Source: Phycisphaera mikurensis NBRC 102666
GTDB lineage: Bacteria > Planctomycetota > Phycisphaerae > Phycisphaerales > Phycisphaeraceae
Reading direction: 5' to 3'
Assembly (NCBI RefSeq): GCF_000284115.1
Contig: NC_017080.1
Location: 3,450,001 to 3,482,000, forward strand
Length of the DNA: 32,000 bases
Part shown: in pieces, positions 28,785 through 32,000 of the stretch
How positions within the stretch are numbered: the stretch's first letter is position 1
Layout: every line of letters begins with the position of its first letter
Notes under the pieces: model-generated
The model's input: only the letters and a program-made list of their open reading frames with translations
Databases searched by the model: none
What the model was told of the DNA's origin: nothing
Made by a program: the position numbers and the translations under genes

Positions 28785-30986
28785 TCACCGCAGGAACGCG
28801 TCCGCCAGCCCGCCGTCCACGTGGATGATTTGGCCGGTCGTCCGGCTGCTCGCGTCGCTCAAGAGGAACCACGCGGCCTCGGCTTGGTCCTCGGGCCGGA
28901 TCGGGTTGTGCGTGAGCGTCCGCTCGGCGTAGAACTGCGCGAGCCGGTTGCGCAGGTCCTCGGTCTTGCCGTTCTCGGCATCGTGCTCGATGCCGTACTT
29001 GGCGAGGCTCGCGAGCACGCGCTGGCGCGGAAACATCGTCGAGCCGGCGACGACGGTCGCGGGAGCGATCGCGTTCACGCGGACCGTCGGGCTCATCTCC
29101 ACGGCCAGCTCGCGAACGAGGTGATCCGCCGCGGCCTTCGAGCAGTCGTAGGCGACGCTGCCCTTCTTCGCGACCACGGCGTTGACGCTTGTCGTGAGCA
29201 CGACCGAGCCCTCGAGGCCTTGGGCGTCGAAGACGGGCTTCATCTCCCAGACGGCGTTGTACGAGCCGCGTACGTTGACGTCGAAGGTGAGCTGCCACTG
29301 CTGCGGCGTCACCTGCCCGGTCGCCGGGTCCTGCGGGACGAAGACGCCGGCGGTGACGACGAGGTGGTCGATGCCGCCGTAGGCGAGCACCGCGTGCTTG
29401 ATCAGGCCGGCGAGCGACACCGTGTCGGTGATGTTCGCGGCGGCCGCGGTCGCTGGACCGCATCCCGAGACGCCCGTCCCCGCGACGCCGATGCCCTGGC
29501 CGTACGCGGCCGTCAGATCGTCGGCGGTTTCCTGGGCGGCCTCGAGCTTCATGTCGGCGGAGACGATGTGCCCGCCCTGGGCGGCCAGCTTCTCGGCCAC
29601 GGCCCTGCCGATGCCCGAGCCGGCGCCGACGACGACGACCACGCGGCGGGCCAGCGGCTTCTCGGCGGGCATCCGCTGGAGCTTCGCCTCCTCGAGCGCC
29701 CAGTATTCGATGTCGAAGGCCTCCTGCTGGGGCAGCCCGACGTACGCGTCGATCGCCTCGGCCCCCCGCATCACCTCGACGGCGCAGCAGTAGAACTCGG
29801 CGGTGACGCGGCTCTCGCTCTTGTTCTTGCCCCACGCGATCAAGCCCAGGCCGGGGATGAGCACGACCGTGGGGTTCGGATCCCGCATCGCGGGCGAGTC
29901 GGGCTTCTTGCAGGCTTCGTAGTAGCTCCGGTAGTCGGCGCGATACCTCTCGAGGCCCTCGTCGAGCCGCTGCTTGAGCACGTCAACGTCGCCGGACGCC
30001 GGATCCCAGTCGACGTAGAGCGGCTTGATCTTCGTCCGCAGGAAGTGGTCCGGGCAGGAGGTGCCCAGCTCGGCGAGGCGGGCGGCGTCGTGCGAGTTGA
30101 CGAACTGCAGCACGCTCTCGCGATCGTCGACCGTGCCGATGAAGCGCTGCTGCTGCGAGACGCGGCCGCGGAGCCAGGGAAGGACTTGCACGAGCAGTGC
30201 CTCACGCTCGTCGAGTCCCGGGGTGCGGTACTTCGCACCGCCGAAGGTCTGCTCGTGCTTGTCGTGGTCGGCGATGTAGCGAGCGGCGGTGTCGATCAGG
30301 TCCAGCGAGAGGTCGTAGCAGGCTCTCGCGTCGTCGTGCCAGTTGATGAGCCCGTGAGCCGCCATCAGCAGGCCTTCCAGCCGCGGGTTCTTCTTCTGCT
30401 CCTCGTGCATGAGCAGGCCCAGCTCGAAGCCGGGCCGCATCCACGGCACCCAGCCCAGCCGCCCGCCCCAGATTGTCTGCGTCAGCTCCTGGTTGTTCTT
30501 CGAGGCCGCCACCGCGATCACCGCGTTGGGGTGCATGTGGTCGACGTGCCGGGCGGGCAGAAAGGCGTGCAGCGGCGTGTCGATGCTCGACGCCCGCGGA
30601 TTCAAGTCGAAGGTGCAGTGCCTGTAGTTGGCGACCTGCTCGTCCTCGGCCGGCGTCTTGAGGCCGGTGTCCGAGCGGGCTTCGTAGGACGCCTTCAGCT
30701 GCTCCAGGCTCGCCATCGAGAGCGAGGCGAAGTTCTCTCTCTTCGACGTCCGCAGGTCGCCGCCTGAGCCCTTCACCCAGAGCACGTCGACCTCTTCGCC
30801 GGTGAGCGGGTCCTTCTGCTTGACCTTCGAGGAGGTGTTGCCGCCGCCGGTGTTGGTGATCCGCTGGTCGGCGCCGAGGATGTTGGAGCGGTAGACGAGG
30901 GCGTCGACCGGATCGGAAGGCGCCTCGGCGTCGTTCCAGAGGTACGCGACGTGGGGGCTGTTCTTCAGTGCGGCGGGATCGGGCAT
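28785..30986 (-). CDS. bifunctional rhamnulose-1-phosphate aldolase / short-chain dehydrogenase
   Basis: 733 aa; N-terminal class II aldolase/adducin-like region (NTGGGNTSSK, WVKGSGGDL, HVDHMHPNAVIA). C-terminal SDR domain (VVVVGAGSGIGRA, YDCSKAA). This architecture matches the RhaEW/YuxG-type enzymes of L-rhamnose catabolism. Confidence 0.88.
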   Translation of the reverse strand: MPDPAALKNSPHVAYLWNDAEAPSDPVDALVYRSNILGADQRITNTGGGNTSSKVKQKDPLTGEEVDVLWVKGSGGDLRTSKRENFASLSMASLEQLKASYEARSDTGLKTPAEDEQVANYRHCTFDLNPRASSIDTPLHAFLPARHVDHMHPNAVIAVAASKNNQELTQTIWGGRLGWVPWMRPGFELGLLMHEEQKKNPRLEGLLMAAHGLINWHDDARACYDLSLDLIDTAARYIADHDKHEQTFGGAKYRTPGLDEREALLVQVLPWLRGRVSQQQRFIGTVDDRESVLQFVNSHDAARLAELGTSCPDHFLRTKIKPLYVDWDPASGDVDVLKQRLDEGLERYRADYRSYYEACKKPDSPAMRDPNPTVVLIPGLGLIAWGKNKSESRVTAEFYCCAVEVMRGAEAIDAYVGLPQQEAFDIEYWALEEAKLQRMPAEKPLARRVVVVVGAGSGIGRAVAEKLAAQGGHIVSADMKLEAAQETADDLTAAYGQGIGVAGTGVSGCGPATAAAANITDTVSLAGLIKHAVLAYGGIDHLVVTAGVFVPQDPATGQVTPQQWQLTFDVNVRGSYNAVWEMKPVFDAQGLEGSVVLTTSVNAVVAKKGSVAYDCSKAAADHLVRELAVEMSPTVRVNAIAPATVVAGSTMFPRQRVLASLAKYGIEHDAENGKTEDLRNRLAQFYAERTLTHNPIRPEDQAEAAWFLLSDASSRTTGQIIHVDGGLADAFLR

Positions 30987-31126
30987 GGGGGGTGCTCGGA
31001 GGAGACGAAGCGGGTGCTTGGGGCAAAAGCAACATAACCGGAAATCCTGGCGGGGTCAAAACCAACCAAACGGACATTCTCAGCTTGAAGTCGGGTCGAA
31101 TCGGCGGTACGCTCGGTGTGGCTCCG
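30987..31126. promoter_or_regulatory. divergent promoter/operator region between the aldolase-SDR gene and the DeoR regulator
   Basis: The most AT-rich stretch of the window. Contains imperfect direct repeats GGGGCAAAAGCAAC (31020-31033) and GGGGTCAAAACCAAC (31052-31066), with cores 33 bp apart. Confidence 0.35.
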
Positions 31127-31951
31127 ATGATTGCCCCGCACCGCCACCGATCCATCCTCGTCCGCATCCAAGCCGGCGGCGTCGCCCGCGTGAGCGAACT
31201 CGCGCGGGAACTCGACGTCACCGAGGAGACGATCCGCCGGGACCTCAAAGCGCTCGCCGACCGCGGCGAGGTCGAGCGGGTGCACGGCGGCGCGGTCGCT
31301 CCGCCGGCCGAGCCCGAGCGGGAGCTGCCCTTCGCGCAGCGTCACGCCGCCCACGCCGCGGCCAAGCGGGCGATCGCCGCGGCGGCGGCGAGCGCCGTGG
31401 AGCCCGGCCAGGCGATCGCGCTGGATCCCTCGACCACCGCCTGTCAGCTCGCGCTGCTGCTCCCCGACGCGCCGCTGACGGTCGTCACCAACTCCCTGGT
31501 CGTCTGCTCGCTGCTCGCCGAGAAGCCAGCCATCGAGGTGATCTGCACCGGCGGCACGCTCGATCCCGAGGCGATGGCCTTCTTCGGCCTCGCCACAGCC
31601 GAGGCGCTGGAGAAGCTCCGCGTGGACCGGCTGTTCTTCTCCTGCCGTGGGGTCGATCTGGGTTTCGGCGACGGGGCGGGGCGCGGCCTCTCCGAGACCA
31701 ACGACCGTCACGCCGCCCTGAAGCTCGCGATGCTCCGGTCGGCCCAAGCCGCGACGCTGCTGGTCGACACGAGCAAGCTTGGCCACGCCTCCACCGTCCT
31801 CTACGCGCCCGTCGACGCCGCCGACCGCGTGATCGTCGAACGCTCCGCCGATCCCGAGCGTGCTGCCGCGGTCGCGCGCTTGCGCTCCTCCGGCGTGGAG
31901 GTGGAGGAAGCCCAAGCCTCCGCACCGCCCCGCGGCGTCGCCGCCGCCTGA
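31127..31951 (+). CDS. DeoR-family transcriptional regulator
   Basis: Track ORF trimmed to ATG 31127. N-terminal wHTH (HRSILVRIQAGGVARVSELARELDVTEETIRRDLKALADRGEVERVHGGA) and a C-terminal DeoR sugar-phosphate sensor domain (LDPSTT, VVTNS, LFFSCRGVD). Confidence 0.88.
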   Translation: MIAPHRHRSILVRIQAGGVARVSELARELDVTEETIRRDLKALADRGEVERVHGGAVAPPAEPERELPFAQRHAAHAAAKRAIAAAAASAVEPGQAIALDPSTTACQLALLLPDAPLTVVTNSLVVCSLLAEKPAIEVICTGGTLDPEAMAFFGLATAEALEKLRVDRLFFSCRGVDLGFGDGAGRGLSETNDRHAALKLAMLRSAQAATLLVDTSKLGHASTVLYAPVDAADRVIVERSADPERAAAVARLRSSGVEVEEAQASAPPRGVAAA

Positions 31952-32000
31952 ACCCCCTTCCTCAACGCACATGCCCTCCACCCCCGCCCACGACCGCGCC

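Noticed and set aside
31971-32000. Possible start of a further plus-strand gene (ATGCCCTCCACCCCCGCCCACGACCGCGCC)
   Set aside because: Only 10 codons are visible, which is too short to evaluate.

Overview
Very GC-rich bacterial chromosomal window. The gene content, the absence of rpmD and the weak SD usage suggest a Planctomycetota/Phycisphaerae-like organism, but that is only a guess. The minus strand from 15335 down to 967 carries a complete S10-spc ribosomal-protein cluster: rpsJ-rplC-rplD-rplW-rplB-rpsS-rplV-rpsC-rplP-rpmC-rpsQ-rplN-rplX-rplE-rpsN-rpsH-rplF-rplR-rpsE-rplO-secY-map. It lacks rpmD and adk and has unusually long, hairpin-rich spacers. Upstream on the same strand lie uvrA and a TPR protein-fmt-membrane protein operon. 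The plus strand from 21.5 to 27.5 kb encodes a two-domain PTPS/QueD-like protein, a small membrane protein, a LeuB-type dehydrogenase, a TlpA-like thioredoxin and a secreted clan GH-A (GH50/agarase-like) hydrolase. The right end carries a bifunctional rhamnulose-1-phosphate aldolase/SDR gene (minus) and a divergent DeoR regulator. The outstanding unexplained element fills the 1.3-kb gap between the convergent hydrolase and aldolase genes (27488-28670). It is an array of 8 full plus 1 degenerate tandem units of exactly 139 bp. Each unit has a near-invariant 54-nt near-perfect hairpin and a mosaic-variable C-rich tail. It is neither coding nor CRISPR-like, and no associated mobility, cas, RT or partition genes are in the window. 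Secondary observations are a REP-like palindrome family (GCCGCGGACCGC), GCGAAGC-type mini-hairpins ahead of several r-protein start codons, an intrinsic-terminator-like element inside the spc cluster, a 333-nt rpsJ-rplC spacer, and a 150-aa RGG/glycine-zipper tail on S5.
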